Notes: generated from the letters alone by a model not told the origin. Shown: positions 26,475 to 45,792, numbered from the stretch's first letter. The stretch: DNA of 64,000 nt from Eledone cirrhosa (GCA_964016885.1 OZ024752.1:25668001-25732000); one strand, 5' to 3'. A program made the numbers and translations.

Positions 26475-27850
26475 AAAATTGAAAAAGTGGAGAATAACAT
26501 GGTCAACAGTACAAAAAAGGGGATTTATTTGCAGTCTAACAATTGTTTCACTGATAAAGTTGTCTAAAAATTGCTGAACATTAAAAGCAGTGCCACTCAA
26601 TTTTAAATACGATGTTAGCTCGATCAGATCTTCGGAAACTGTTAAAAAAATATATATGTAACCGGCAAATTTACAAATTCAAATTACATCATCAATAATA
26701 ATTGTTTCTACTTTTAGCACAAGGCCAGCAATTATCCAGTGCATTACTGGTACTTTATTTTATCGACCCCGTAAGGATGAAAGGCAAAGTTAACCTCGGC
26801 GGGATCTGAACTCAGACCTAAAGGGACGTAACTATGCTAGAAAGCATGGCGTCCAACCCTCTACCGATACTGCCAATTCACCGATAATATTAATAATAAA
26901 GATATAGAGAGAAAAGGAGGAAGAAAGGAGATAGATTCAGTAAAGAAAGAAAGGAAAGGAAGGAGAAAGAGGAAAAAGAAAAAGAGAAAGAAGGAAAAGG
27001 AGAAATGATTATAGATAAAAATATAAAGAGAAGATATATAGAAGATGATGGTAGACAGAGGAGAGACAAACATAAGTAGAAATAACGTAGGATAGAAAGA
27101 AGAATAGAGGGACAAATAAATGAATAAACGTTAATACATGAATAAATGTAAATAAAAAGAAAAATAGATATATAAAAAATATATTAAAAAATATATAAAA
27201 AAATTGATAAATAAATAAATAAATAAATTACATCTAATGTGATATAAAATGGTATAAAATGTGAAAACTGAAGAATAAAAATAAATACGTAAAAGAAGTA
27301 AAAATGTTCGAAGAATATTTAAACATATTAAAATTATTGAGAATGGTTTTTGAGAATTGTTAAAATATATGGAGATATTATATTAAGGTGAAAATATGAT
27401 AATGTTAAATATATTTATGTGTGTATTGGTTATTTTAATAAATAAATTAATTAATTAGTTTTAAGTTATATTATATGATAACATAAAATGACAGAGATGA
27501 AATAAATTTAGGGAGAGAAATATAAAGATTTCTTTCCTTCTTTTTCTTTCTCCTTTCTTTCCTTTCTTTCTTTACTGTATCTATCTCCCTTTCTTCCGCC
27601 TTCACTCTCTATATCTTTATTATTAATATTATTATTATTGATGATGTAATTTGAATTTGCCGGTTACATATATACTTTTGTAACAGTTTCCGAAGATCTG
27701 ATCGAGCTAACATCGTATTTAAAATCGAGTGGCACTGCTTTTAGTGTTCAGCAATTTTTAGACAACTTTATCAGTGAAACAATTGTTAGACTGCAAATAA
27801 ATCCCCTTTTTTGTACTGTTGACCATGTTATTCTCCACTTTTTCAATTTT
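26475..27850. repeat. Long inverted repeat (PLE-like fold-back) with a SINE inserted in the left arm
   Basis: 26475-26698 plus 26885-27000 is the reverse complement of 27530-27850. SINE A sits at 26699-26884. Confidence 0.8.
27684..27793 (+). ncRNA. Hammerhead-like motif with long stem II and CCGAAGA core variant (inverted copy 26532-26641)
   Basis: cagttt-CCGAAGA-tctgat...atcagt-GAAA-caattg-TT-agactg. Palindromic AACAATTGTT stem III. Confidence 0.62.
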
Positions 27851-28017
27851 TTATATGTATATATATATATAGGTAGATAGACATACACACATACATACTT
27901 ACACACACACACACACACATATATATATTTATAGATACACACACACACATACACGCACACACAAACATATATATATATGAGGGTGTTAAAGTTTGCTTGA
28001 AGCATTGTGAAATGTGT

Positions 28018-28452
28018 AAAATACGTAGTTTAGAAAGCCACAACAATGCAGAGGGAAATCTCGAGGTAGGAAGTGAATGATAGATAGGAGAAAGTGAAAA
28101 TTGAGAGAGACAAAGATGAAAACAAAACAAAGGTAGAAGGGTTACCGTAGTGGAGATTTAATCCCAATATGTCGGGCTCACGCCCATCAACGGGGGAAAG
28201 TTCCAAAAGGGGCTGTTTTAACGACATCACAACTTTCTCCGCTTAGCCTGTCCCCCCCCCCTTTTGGAACTTTCCCCCGTTGATGGGCGTGAGCCCGAAA
28301 TATTGGGATTAAATCTCCACTACGGTAACCCTTCTACCTTTGTTTTGTTTTCATCTTTGTCTCTCTCAATTTTCACTTTCTCCTATCTATCATTCACTTC
28401 CTACCTCGAGATTTCCCTCTGCATTGTTGTGGCTTTCTAAACTACGTATTTT
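28018..28452. repeat. Near-perfect inverted repeat, ~195-bp arms with ~45-bp spacer
   Basis: 28018-28212 is the reverse complement of 28258-28452 (1-2 mismatches by eye). Confidence 0.9.
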
Positions 28453-28499
28453 ATATATATATATGTATATATAGGTAGATAGACATACACACACATACG

Positions 28500-28535
<36 letters not shown>

Positions 28536-28864
28536 TGTATATATATAGGTATGTTAGATAGATATACACACATACATACACACACATATATAGATAGATA
28601 GACACACACACACACACATATATATATAGGTAGATAGACATACACACATAATCTCGACGTTGGTGTGAGCGGTCTGTCTACCTCACTATCATTTCATCTT
28701 TCAATAGAACAAGTAGTGTTGTGTTGTGTTGGGGGGGGGGGGGGGGGTTATACAGTTTACTTTTCAAACAATAATTTTCACATCAAAGATTGAACCCCAC
28801 GGTGAATTGACACATGGTCCCCTGGAGAACACACGCATATATATATATATACTGTATATGTATG

Positions 28865-28901
<37 letters not shown>

Positions 28902-28927
28902 GTATATGTATATGTATGTATATATAT

Positions 28928-29538
28928 TGTCAGTCACCAGTTGGTGCTACTGGTAACATGTATCCCAGTACATCCTGTCTCATGGTCTGGTCGTTGGCGA
29001 CTAAACTGGCAACCCCACCAAGGTTTCTTGGTGAGGAGGGTGACTTTGGACATCCTGCAGGACTAAAAACAAAACCTGTCAAAGGGCAAAGGAGCTCTTA
29101 AGAGTCAATGGCCATCCAAAATCACCGGGAGAGATGACCCCTTAGCCTTTGTCAAGGCAGAATTCTGGGAGAAGGAAAACTCTGATATAACACCTGCAAC
29201 CCTGATGGTATCCAATGATGTTGACTTGTTCCTCTTTTTGGTAAATATCATCTTGGTTAAGAGAGTGGGACTGGCTTTGTGCAGTGCCTTTGCTCACTAT
29301 AAAAGCTTCATGGCACAGGCATTGCTTTATATCTGGAGATCTCTCTGCACTTGTCATCACATGGTACCATGGGCCCAGCACTATGTGTCAATAATTGTGA
29401 CACGTGTAGCGTTTGTACCAGAGTTTTCAAGTCGCTGGCTGGACTAAAAAGTCACACTCGTTCAGCGCATCGGTAGGGGTTCTCCTACATGGATATAAAG
29501 TAGTGGGCGTACTCGAAAACGAGTTGGCATCCACCACC

Positions 29539-29586
<48 letters not shown>

Positions 29587-30412
29587 CTCTATTGATTCTT
29601 CCCTGGATTTCACTAAATTCTGTTGGATGAGTCTATATCCTGATTCTTTTTGAGTTGAGTTTGAATTATTTTTCCCACATCTTACGTTAACTATTTTTCC
29701 CATTTTGACGCTACAGTCACTCATATATTATGGAATACTGTTGGCTTTTTGCTACGATATTTTCTATACCTTTCATTTATATATTTATACTCGGATTTCT
29801 TTCCTAGAGTGCTTAAATTATTTGTGACTAATCCCGGTATTTTTTATAAAAAAACCGCGATAATATTGCTTTTTGCTGAACTCCTTATTGTAGATTTTTT
29901 TTCGGAATGTTTTTTTACTGTTGTTTCTTGTAAACAAACATTCGTCTCATTCTGACGTCACCAGCCCTGTCTTTCCACATGTGCGTTTTATTTTTCATAA
30001 TCACGCATGATAGTCAACTAGCCTGTTTTAAAATCCATTTTTGGCATATTAACCAGTGAGAAATTTTGGTTATCGAGTTGAGCTCTGCTTGAGGATCGAA
30101 TTCCAACCGTGACCATCTCCACTGAAAGTTTTCTTGAAATAGTCTTCAAGACTATACAGAGCATTTGTAGTTGTCTCAAATTGAAGGATGAGTATTTTAA
30201 ACTTTATTTTATCATGAGTTAAGGCTCTATTGATTCTTCCCTGGATTTCACTAAATTCTGGATGAATCTATATCCTGATTCTTTTTGAGTTGAGTTTGAA
30301 TTATTTTTCCGACATCTTACGTTAACTATTTTTCCCATTTTGACGCTATAATCACATATATATTATGGAATACTGTTGGCTTTTTGCTACAATATTTTCT
30401 ATACCTTTCATT
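28928..30412 (+). repeat. 1.5-kb composite repeat (module A, (TA)n, HHR module B), duplicated at 39131-40595; module A alone at 46712-47213
   Basis: Near-identical sequence across both modules. Module B has an internal direct repeat of period ~638 bp (29583 vs 30221). Confidence 0.9.
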
Positions 30413-30530
30413 TATATATATATATATATATATATATACTTAGGTTAATAGGAGTTAGGTATTGTATACCCGTGTCCCATTAATGTATTGGAAGCATAAT
30501 AATTAGCTCTATGCTTTGGAGCAGAGCCGT

Positions 30531-32413
30531 ATATATGATAAAGAACACAAGAGCGTCTACAACATCAAAATATTTTTATTGGCTTACAATGTTTCTTCCT
30601 TACGTAACCGTAGGATTCGTCAGAGCTATAAAAGGGGTTTGATTGGTGTTATGGACTCTACCAACCAAACATTCAAGAACAAAGAGTAAAGAGAGTAAAT
30701 AGCAAAAGTAGAGGACGATAAGTCTAATTTTGGTGCGGGATGGTGGGGTGTGGGTCCTTGTTTACTAGCTGCGGTCATATTCATTCCCGGGAGTCGAGTG
30801 GTTAGCTGAACCATAGATGGGGTGGCGTCGATAGTATGGTGCAGAGGGTGTGCAGAGGCTACACAAACACAAAGGCATACAATATATATATATATATAAC
30901 GGAAGAGAAAGTACATCAGGTAATTAGAAATGGAAAAAGAGTAATAATAATAATCTATAATTAATAATGTATAATAAGGCATGGGGAAGATTACACTATA
31001 ATAAGGTAAAAAAGTAAGAATAAGGTAAAATATAAAGGAGGATAAAAGTGGAAATAATAAAGATAAAAAAAAATATATATGTAAAAAAATATATAGAGAA
31101 TATATAATGAAATATAAGTGAATATTTGGAGGGGAAAACACAATGTAAAAAACCGATTTTTTCAAATAAAAATAAAAATAAAAATAAAAATAAAAATAAA
31201 AATATTATAATTATGGGGGGAGAAAACGGGATAGAGAAATATGATCAAATGTGATTAGTTGAGAGAATATAAGATGATAATAGTTATGTCAAGTTTATAC
31301 ATCTTAATAAATAATCTGTGTATCAGAGTTACAGAACCTTCGTGGTTTTCGTATCCTCCGTCAATGTCCGGGTGAGCAAAAATAGATTTCTATCTGCATT
31401 GGAATTTACGAACTTGTGCATCTGCTGTGGTGTCAAAAACAAATGCGCATGACCGCACAGATAAACAATGGACTATGCCACGTGGCTTGAACCTGTAAGT
31501 GAATTGAAGGTTCTGTAACTCTGATACACAGATTATTTATTATTAAGATGTATAAACTTGACATAACTATTATCATCTTATATTATCTCAACTAATCACA
31601 TTTGATCATATTTCTCTATCCCGTTTTCTCCCCCCATAATTATATTTTTATTTTTTATTTTTATTTTTATTTGAAAAAATCGGTTTTTTTACATTGTTTT
31701 CCCCTCCAAATATTCGCTTATATTTCTTTATATATTCTCTATATATTTTTTTACATATATATTTTTTTAATCTTTATTATTTCCACTTTTATCCTCCTTT
31801 ATATTTTACCTTATTCTTACTTTTATACCTTATTATAGTTTAATCTTCCCCATGCCTTATTATACATTATTCATGAGTTCAAATCCCGCCGAGGTTGACT
31901 TTGCCTTTCATCTTTACGGGGTCGATAAAATAAAGTACCAGTAATGCACTGGGTAATTGCTGGCCTTGTGCCTAAAGTAGAAACAATTAATTATAGATTA
32001 TTATTATTACTCTTTTTCCATTTCTAATTACCTCATGTACTTTCTCCTCCGTTATATATATATATATTGTATGCCCTTTGTGTTTGTGTAGCCTCTGCAC
32101 ACCCTCTGCACCATACTATCGACGCCACCCCATCTATGGTTCAGCTAACCACTCGACTCCCGGGAATGAATATGACCGCAGCTAGTAAACAAGGACCTAC
32201 ACCCCACCCTCCCGCACCAAAATTAGACTTATCGTCCTCTACTTTTGCTCTTTACTCTCTTTACTCTTTGTTCTTGAATGTTTGGTTGGTAGAGTCCATA
32301 ACACCAATCAAACCCCTTTTATAGCTCTGACGAATCCTACGGTTACGTAAGGAAGAAACATTGTAAGCCAATAAAAATCTTTTGATGTTGTAGACGCTCT
32401 TGTGTTCTTTATC

Positions 32414-32420
<7 letters not shown>
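30531..32420. repeat. Large inverted repeat, ~810-bp arms with 164-bp spacer, HHR near each outer end
   Basis: 30531-31341 is the reverse complement of 31506-32420. SINE A fragment at 31872-31988 is in the right arm only. Confidence 0.92.
32317..32376 (+). ncRNA. Hammerhead ribozyme (inverted copy 30574-30633)
   Basis: ttttatagct-CTGACGA-a tcctacg gtta cgtaagga a-GAAA-cattg-TA-agccaataaaa. Confidence 0.8.
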
Positions 32421-37242
<4,822 letters not shown>

Positions 37243-37389
37243 GGCTTGGTAACTTGTAGGCATAAGACGTGGTTTTCGTATCTCCAGATTTGAAATTTTA
37301 ATATTTTAAATCGACAGTAAATCGGATTTATGTATGGCTTTAAATTTTCAGAGGACAAGGAAAAGATACAAAATATATATATGTATATA

Positions 37390-37952
37390 TAAAATATTAA
37401 AAAAATAATGAATAAAACAATGAAACAGTTCCTTATATTAAACAAAAAAAGTTCATTATTTAACGATCGGTTCTAGGATATATATGTGTTAGAATTGGCA
37501 TGCATATTCAACAGATCTATGTACAAAATTATACAAAATTATACAAACTATCAAAATTAAATATACATACCAAACACATATATATGCCGTCTTCAGAAAT
37601 AATTCATTATTTCTGAAGACGGCATATATATGTGTTTGGTATGTATATTTAATTTTGATAGTTTGTATAATTTTGTATAATTTTGTACATAGATCTGTTG
37701 AATATGCATGCCAATTCTAACACATATATATCCTAGAAACGATCGTTAAATAATGAACTTTTTTTGTTTAATATAAGGAACTGTTTCATTGTTTTATTCA
37801 TTATTTTTTTAATATCTTATCTTGACTCTGTATTCCGTTTATCTTTCACCGAAAGTGATTTTTCATTGCATCTCTTCTTTCCATGATATCCGGATAACAT
37901 TGAGTTCTTCATACGGATTGGACACTACCGTAAACTCTTGGTAGATTTATCT
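37390..37952. mobile_element. Fold-back PLE-type cassette (palindrome centred at ~37602); plus arm duplicated at 44992-45352
   Basis: 37390-37602 is the reverse complement of ~37607-37815. The right arm continues to a (TA)n array. Confidence 0.8.
37603..37757 (+). ncRNA. Hammerhead ribozyme with ~115-nt stem II hairpin
   Basis: ttcattattt-CTGAAGA-[37620-37735 hairpin]-GAAA-cgatcg-TT-aaataatgaa. 10-bp perfect stem I, palindromic AACGATCGTT. Confidence 0.8.
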
Positions 37953-37955
37953 ACA

Positions 37956-38030
<75 letters not shown>

Positions 38031-38055
38031 GTATGTGTATATATATATATATATG

Positions 38056-38234
<179 letters not shown>

Positions 38235-38328
38235 ATATATATATATATATGTATATATTTGAAAAAATATATATATATAAAGTATATATATATATATATA
38301 TATATTTGAAAATATATATATATATAAA

Positions 38329-38392
<64 letters not shown>

Positions 38393-38706
38393 TTGAAAAT
38401 TGCAAACTTGACTGTCACCACACAATGTGCCCCTGAAGTTTGCGAAAGCATGAAAGTACTTGTTCGATTAACACTTAACATTTAATATTCTACCATACTA
38501 TTTCATTCTAATACCATTATTAATTTTAAAGGATTGTAAATGAAACGAGTAAATCAGACAAAGTTGGAATTCCTTTTATTAATAGATATATACATATATA
38601 TATATATATGCGTATGTATATATATGTACATATGTATATATATATGTATATATATATATATGCACATATATATAAATATTTATATATATGTATGTTTAAC
38701 TCTTAA

Positions 38707-38738
<32 letters not shown>

Positions 38739-38848
38739 GTATATATATATATATATGTATATATATGTATGTATATATGTATGTATATATATATGTATAT
38801 TCTTTATATATATATGTATGTATATATATATATATGTATATATATATG

Positions 38849-38915
<67 letters not shown>

Positions 38916-39024
38916 GTATATATGTATGTATGTATATATGTATGTATATATGTATGTATGTGTATATGTGTATATATGTATGTATATATATATGTATATA
39001 TATGTATGTATATATATATGTATG

Positions 39025-39085
<61 letters not shown>

Positions 39086-40259
39086 ATGTATGTTTATATA
39101 TATGTATGTATATATGTATGTATATATATATGTCAGGTCACCAGTTGGTGCTACTGGTTACATTCTATCCCAGTAAAACCTGTCTTATGGTCGGGTCGTT
39201 GGCGACTAAATTGGCAACCCCAACAAGGTTTCTTGGTGAGGAGGGTGACTTTGGACATCCTGCAGGACTAAAAACAAAACCTGTCAAAGGGCAAAGGAGC
39301 TCTTAAGAGTCAATGGCCATCCAAAATCACCGGGAGATATGACACCTTAGCCTTTGTCAAGGCAGAATTCTGGGAGAAGGAAAACTCTGATATAACACCT
39401 GCAACCCTGATGGTATCCAATGATGTTGACTTGTTCTTCTTTTTGGTAAATATCATCTTGGTTAAGAGTGTGGGTCTGGCTTTGTGCAGTGCCTTTGCTC
39501 ACTATAAAAGCTTCACGGCACAGGCATTGCTTTATATCTGGAGATCTCTCTGCACTTGTCATCACATGGTACCATGGGCCCAGCACTATGTGTCAATAAT
39601 TGTGACACGTGTAGCGTCTGTACCAGAATTTTCAAGTCGCTGGCTGGACTAAAAAGTCACACTTGTTCAGCGCATCGGTAGGGTGCTCCTACATGGATAT
39701 AAAGTAGTGGCCGTACTCGAAAACGAGTTGGAAGCCACCACCATGTATATATATATATATAAGGCTCTATTGATTCTCCCCTGGATTTCACTAAATTCTG
39801 TTGGATGAGTCTATATCCTGATTCTTTTTGAGTTGAGTTTGAATTATTTTTCCCACATCTTACGTTAACTATTTTTCCCATTTTGACGCTATAGTCACTT
39901 ATATATTATGGAATACTGTTGGCTTTTTGCTACAATATTTTCTATACCTTTCATTTATATATTTATACTCGGATTTCTTTCCTAGAGTGCTTAAATTATT
40001 TGTGACTAATCCCGGTATTTTTTATAAAAAAACCGCGATAATATTGCTTTTTGCTGAACTCCTTATTGTAGATTTTTTTTCGGAATGTTTTTTTACTGTT
40101 GTTTCTTGTAAACAAACATTCGTCTCATTCTGACGTCACCAGCCCTGTCTTTCCACATGTGCGTTTTATTTTTCATAATCACACATAATGGTGAACTAGC
40201 CTGTTTTTAAATCCCTTTTTGGCATATTACCCAGTGAGAAATTTTGGTTATCGAGTTGA

Positions 40260-40339
40260 GCTCTGCTGAGGATCGAATTCCAAACGTGACCATCTCCACT
40301 GAAAGTTTTCGTGAAATAGTCTTCAAGACTATACAGAGC
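40260..40339 (+). ncRNA. Type I hammerhead ribozyme with stable stem III (core-disrupted copy at 30082-30162)
   Basis: gctctg-CTGAGGA-tcgaa...ttcgt-GAAA-tagtct tca agacta-TA-cagagc. The 30-kb copy has CTTGAGGA. Confidence 0.83.
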
Positions 40340-40730
40340 ATTTGTAGTTGTCTCAAATTGAAGGATGAGTATTTTAAACTTTATTTTATCATGAGTTAAG
40401 GCTCTATTGATTCTTCCCTGGATTTCACTAAATTCTGTTGGATGAATCTATATCCTGATTCTTTTTGAGTTGAGTTTGAATTATTTTTCCGACATCTTAC
40501 GTTAACTATTTTTCCCATTTTGACGCTATAGTCACTTATATATTATGGAATACTGTTGGCTTTTTGCTACAATATTTTCTATACCTTTCATTTATATATA
40601 TATGACAGTCGATTGACTTTCGTCAAGTCGGACCGAGGAAACAATGTTTCAATTTGTCTTTCCAATTGCTAATAATATCTATCGGTCGAAACTCCAGGTA
40701 GAAGGAGCAACGTGAAATAAAGTGTCTTGC

Positions 40731-41342
40731 CCACCAAACCACAAATACCATCAAATCTTAAATAGGTCTACAGTTAAATTCTCATACTCAACAACCAATA
40801 ACATAAAACAAAATATAAGTGCCTATAATGCATATAAATGTAAGAATACCATAAGTATACCACCAATACATCAAACTAACCATAATATCTCCTCAAATAC
40901 AGAATTAACGAAAGGTTGTAACTGTAGAAACAAAGCAAACTGCCCATTAAAAGGAAATTGTCTTGTTAACAACATAGTTTATAAATGTAATGTTAAAACT
41001 AAAGATTCTATTTGCTCATATATAGGAGCTACTTCTAACAATTTTAAGGTAAGGTTTAATACCCACAAACATAGTTTTAAAAATGCCGCACTGGCTAATA
41101 CAACATCTCTAGCAGAAAAAATCAATAGTTATAAAAATAAGAATATAGAATGTGATATGACCTGGAGTGTGCTCAAAAGAGCCACCCCTTATCAAAATAA
41201 TAGAAATGAATGTAGATTATGTTCCCAAGAACTATTTGAAATAATGAAATCTAAGGATATCCTATTAAATAAACGACAGGAATTAATTATATCGTGTAAT
41301 CATAAACTAAGAAAAACATTTAAATATTATAAACCTAATTAA
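40731..41342 (+). pseudogene. Penelope-like element linker plus GIY-YIG endonuclease, 5'-truncated
   Basis: KFSYS..NIK, CNCRNKANCPLKGNCL, IVYKC, YIGAT..FKVRFNTH, CRLC..E, LNKRQEL..CNH. Confidence 0.88.
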
Positions 41343-41674
41343 TAACATTATTTTAGAAATTAATATATGATTTAATTTAAATGTTAGTTAACCTATAAAT
41401 TTAATTTAATTAAAATTCTACTACAGATGAGATTATAAAATATTGTGTATTCATAAATTGTGAAAAACTTTTAAATATTACTAATATATACTTCGTAAAT
41501 TAATTTGGTTAACCTAAAAATTTAATTTAATTGGCTTAAAATTAAAATCCTAATACAGATGGATTGCAGAGTGTCATGTAATCATAGACTGAGATAGGTT
41601 TTGGATGTATACCTAGTTAATATATTCTTTGCAATTTTTGAAAAAATATGTATATATATATATATATGTATGTA

Positions 41675-41757
<83 letters not shown>

Positions 41758-42403
41758 GTGTATATATTAATTTTAATTTCTGTTTACTTATAATTATATT
41801 CTACTATAGATAAAATACAATATCTGTTTTAATTATTATAAACCTAATTAACATATACTATAGAGATTTATATATAATTTTTAATTTAGTTAACCTATAA
41901 TTTATATTCTACTACCGATGTAATATTTTATTTGTTTTTTTTCCCTATTACTAAATTAATTTCCTAATATTGATACCATAACGTTAATAATTTTAATTTA
42001 GTTATACTATAGTTAATACTCTACTACTATTTAACTTCAAAATTCCGCTTCAAATATTATAAACCTAAGTAGTATACACCTTAGAAATCAATATATTAAC
42101 TATCTTTAATTTAGTTAACCTATAATTAATAGTCTACTTATATTAAAATGCATAATTTTGCCTTCTTTCTTACATTTCCTAATACTGAAACTACTGTGTA
42201 AACACATATTATGATCTAAATGCAGATTAATATTCTATGTTTCTTGAAACCTATATTTACTATAATCCCCCCCCCCTTCCCCCCCTATTATTATTTGTAT
42301 TTGTAAGCGTGGATGTATGTATATGTAGGTAGGTACGTATGTTTGGGTGTTTGTATGTGAGTATAAAAATACATATGTGCGCATGTAAATAAGGGTGTAT
42401 GAT

Positions 42404-42474
<71 letters not shown>

Positions 42475-42623
42475 GTATATATATATATGTATCTATGTAT
42501 TTATGTGGGTATATGTGTGTATGTATATGTATGCGCATATATACGTCTATGTGTATATGTGTGTATATGTATATATGTACGTATGTGCGCATGTATATGT
42601 GAGTGTGTGTATATATATATATA

Positions 42624-43136
42624 TACGATATTGAATGAATGGAGGCTGTATTTGTAGGGCCATATTTGTTTCATTATATATGTTTCAGGGATGTCATATT
42701 GACGGTGTGTTGTGCCTTCTTCAGACAAAATACAATATAGACAGTTTTATAAATAAATAGATTTGACATACCGTTCAACATCGACTTGTATTTGAAAAGT
42801 TGATTTGGCAGTATTTTGTCTGGGGAGGGCATAACATATTGTTAGTGTGATGTCCCTGAGGTATGTGTGATGAAATAGATGTGGTTTTGTAGATGTAGTT
42901 TCCATTTATTTAGTATCGTAAATATACTCCAAATACTTGTTGAGTGCAAGGTGATTGAAAGGTATGTCGTATCTATTTATTTATAAGACTGTTTATATTG
43001 TATTTTGTCTGAAGATGGCATAACATATTGTTAATATGATATCCCTGAAATATATATAACGAAATAAATATGGTTTTATAAATATAGTTTCCATTTATTT
43101 AATATCATAAATATACTCCAAATACTTGTTGAGTGC
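42624..43136. mobile_element. HHR cassette: inverted copy A (42624-42780), direct copies B (42811-42947) and C (43000-43136), period 189 bp
   Basis: Three homologous copies aligned by eye. A and B are A-to-G hypermutated relative to C. Confidence 0.85.
43001..43066 (+). ncRNA. Hammerhead ribozyme (copy C, intact)
   Basis: tattttgt-CTGAAGA-tggcataacatatt gtt aatatgatatccct-GAAA-tatata-TA-acgaaata. Confidence 0.8.
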
Positions 43137-43264
43137 TTTTATATCAGTTATAAATATTTACTCGTTGTTAACCCAACAATTTAAATATAACTTTCCATAT
43201 ATATATATATATATTTGTAGTTGATGTGTGTATGTGTATATATATATATGTATGTATATGTATG

Positions 43265-43315
<51 letters not shown>

Positions 43316-43405
43316 ATATATGTGTATATGTATGTGTGTGCATATTTGTCTGACTGTGTGTATTAATTTATTTATTTATTTATTTATTTTATTTCTTTAT
43401 TTTTT

Positions 43406-43454
<49 letters not shown>

Positions 43455-43756
43455 GTGTATATATATGTGTGTGTATGTGTATGTATGTGTATATGTATGT
43501 GTATGTATATATGTGTGTGTGTGTATGTGTGTATATATTTATATGTGTATATGTATCTCTATTTATATATGTATATATGTGTATGTATATCCCTTTATTT
43601 ATGTATGTCTGAGTTGTGTGAGCGTGTGGTTGTGTTTGTATGTGTATACGCATACATGGATGTGTATGTATGTGTATATATGCGTATATGTATGTGTGTG
43701 TGTGTATATATGTATGTCTATGTATGAGTATGTATGTGTATGTATGTGTATATATA

Positions 43757-43811
<55 letters not shown>

Positions 43812-43886
43812 TATATTATATGTGTGTGTGTATATATATATATATCTTTGTATGTGTGTATGTGTATATGTGTGTATGTATGTGTG

Positions 43887-43988
<102 letters not shown>

Positions 43989-44042
43989 GGTATGTATGTG
44001 TATGTGTGTATATGCATGAGTGTGTTTATATATGTGTATAGA

Positions 44043-44137
<95 letters not shown>

Positions 44138-44991
44138 TGTGAATGTATATATATATATGTATGTGTGTATATATATATATATATATGTGTGTATATATGT
44201 ATATGTCTATGTATTTATATGTGTATATGTATGTGTCTCTATATGTATGCGTGTGTGTATGTGTATACGTATTTATATGGTGTGTGTATGTATATGTATG
44301 TATATATATATAAGTGTATGTGTATATATATATATATATGTATATGTATGTATATCGATGTATATTTTATATTTTACTTGTTTATATATATATATTTTCT
44401 TAATATTTTTCTTTTTTCTTTTTCTTTTTATTTCTAAATTTATAGATACATTTATAAATAGGCAGTTTGCTGACACCAGTGAATACTGACCTCTCCCCCC
44501 CCCACCTACTTTCTGTATCTGGATCTAAATATGTGTGGCAATGTTTATGTGCGCGCATTAATGTCCATATGCTTATGATAATGGTATATACACATATATG
44601 TGTGTGTGAGTGTGTGTGTGTATGTATGTTCGTGGTTGTGTGTATGTTTATGCGTATACGCGCGTGTGTGTGTGAATGTATGTATATGTGTGAGTATATG
44701 AATGTGTATATATTTATTTTTATATTTATATGTTTATATGCGTATACGTATTTTATCTGTAGATTATAAACATACAGAGACATTAGCCCTGAATTTTTGT
44801 ATTTACATACATCTTTTCGTGATGCGTATGCATGTGAACATGTATATTTTTATGCATATCTGTGAACGAAGTTACTTACATATATACATACACCTAACTG
44901 TATAAACTTTTTGTGTTTTCATTGGTCAATTTGAACTCTGTTCCCAAACAGACCTGTAATTTTGAATTGTTGTTATTATCAATAAATATAT

Positions 44992-45155
44992 TTCATTATT
45001 TCTGAAGACGGCATATATATGTGTTGGTATGTATATTTAATTTTGATAGTTTGTATAATTTTGTATAATTTTGTATAATTTTGTACATAGATCTGTTGAA
45101 TATGCATGCCAATTCTAACACATATATATCCTAGAAACGATCGTTAAATAATGAA
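44992..45155 (+). ncRNA. Hammerhead ribozyme with long stem II (copy of 37603-37757)
   Basis: Same cores and stems, with one extra 10-bp unit (ataattttgt) in loop II. Confidence 0.8.
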
Positions 45156-45434
45156 CTTTTTTTGTTTAATATAAGGAACTGTTTCATTGTTTTATTCATT
45201 ATTTTTTTAATATTTTATCTTGACTCTGTATTCCGTTTATCTTTCACCGAAAGTGATTTCTCATTGCATCTCTTCTTTCCATGATATCCAGATTACATTG
45301 AGTTCTTCATACGGATTGGACACTACCGTAAACTCTTGGTAGATTTATCTACATATATATGTATATATATATATGTGTTTATATATATATATATGTATGT
45401 ATATATATATATATATATGTGTATATATATATGC

Positions 45435-45494
<60 letters not shown>

Positions 45495-45761
45495 ATATAT
45501 ATATATATATGTGTGTATATATATATCTGCATGTATATATATATGTATATATATATATGTATATATGTATATATATATATGTGTATATATATATATATAT
45601 GCATGTATATATATATGTATATATATAAGTGTGTATATATATATGTGTATATATATATGTGTATATATATGTGTGTATATATATATGCATGTATATATAT
45701 ATGTGTGTATATATATATGCTTGTATATATATATATGTGTGTGTATATATATATATGCATG

Positions 45762-45792
<31 letters not shown>

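Noticed and set aside
28814-29955. Short ORFs conserved between the 29-kb, 39-kb and 47-kb copies
   Set aside because: Conservation reflects recent DNA duplication, and no protein motifs are present.
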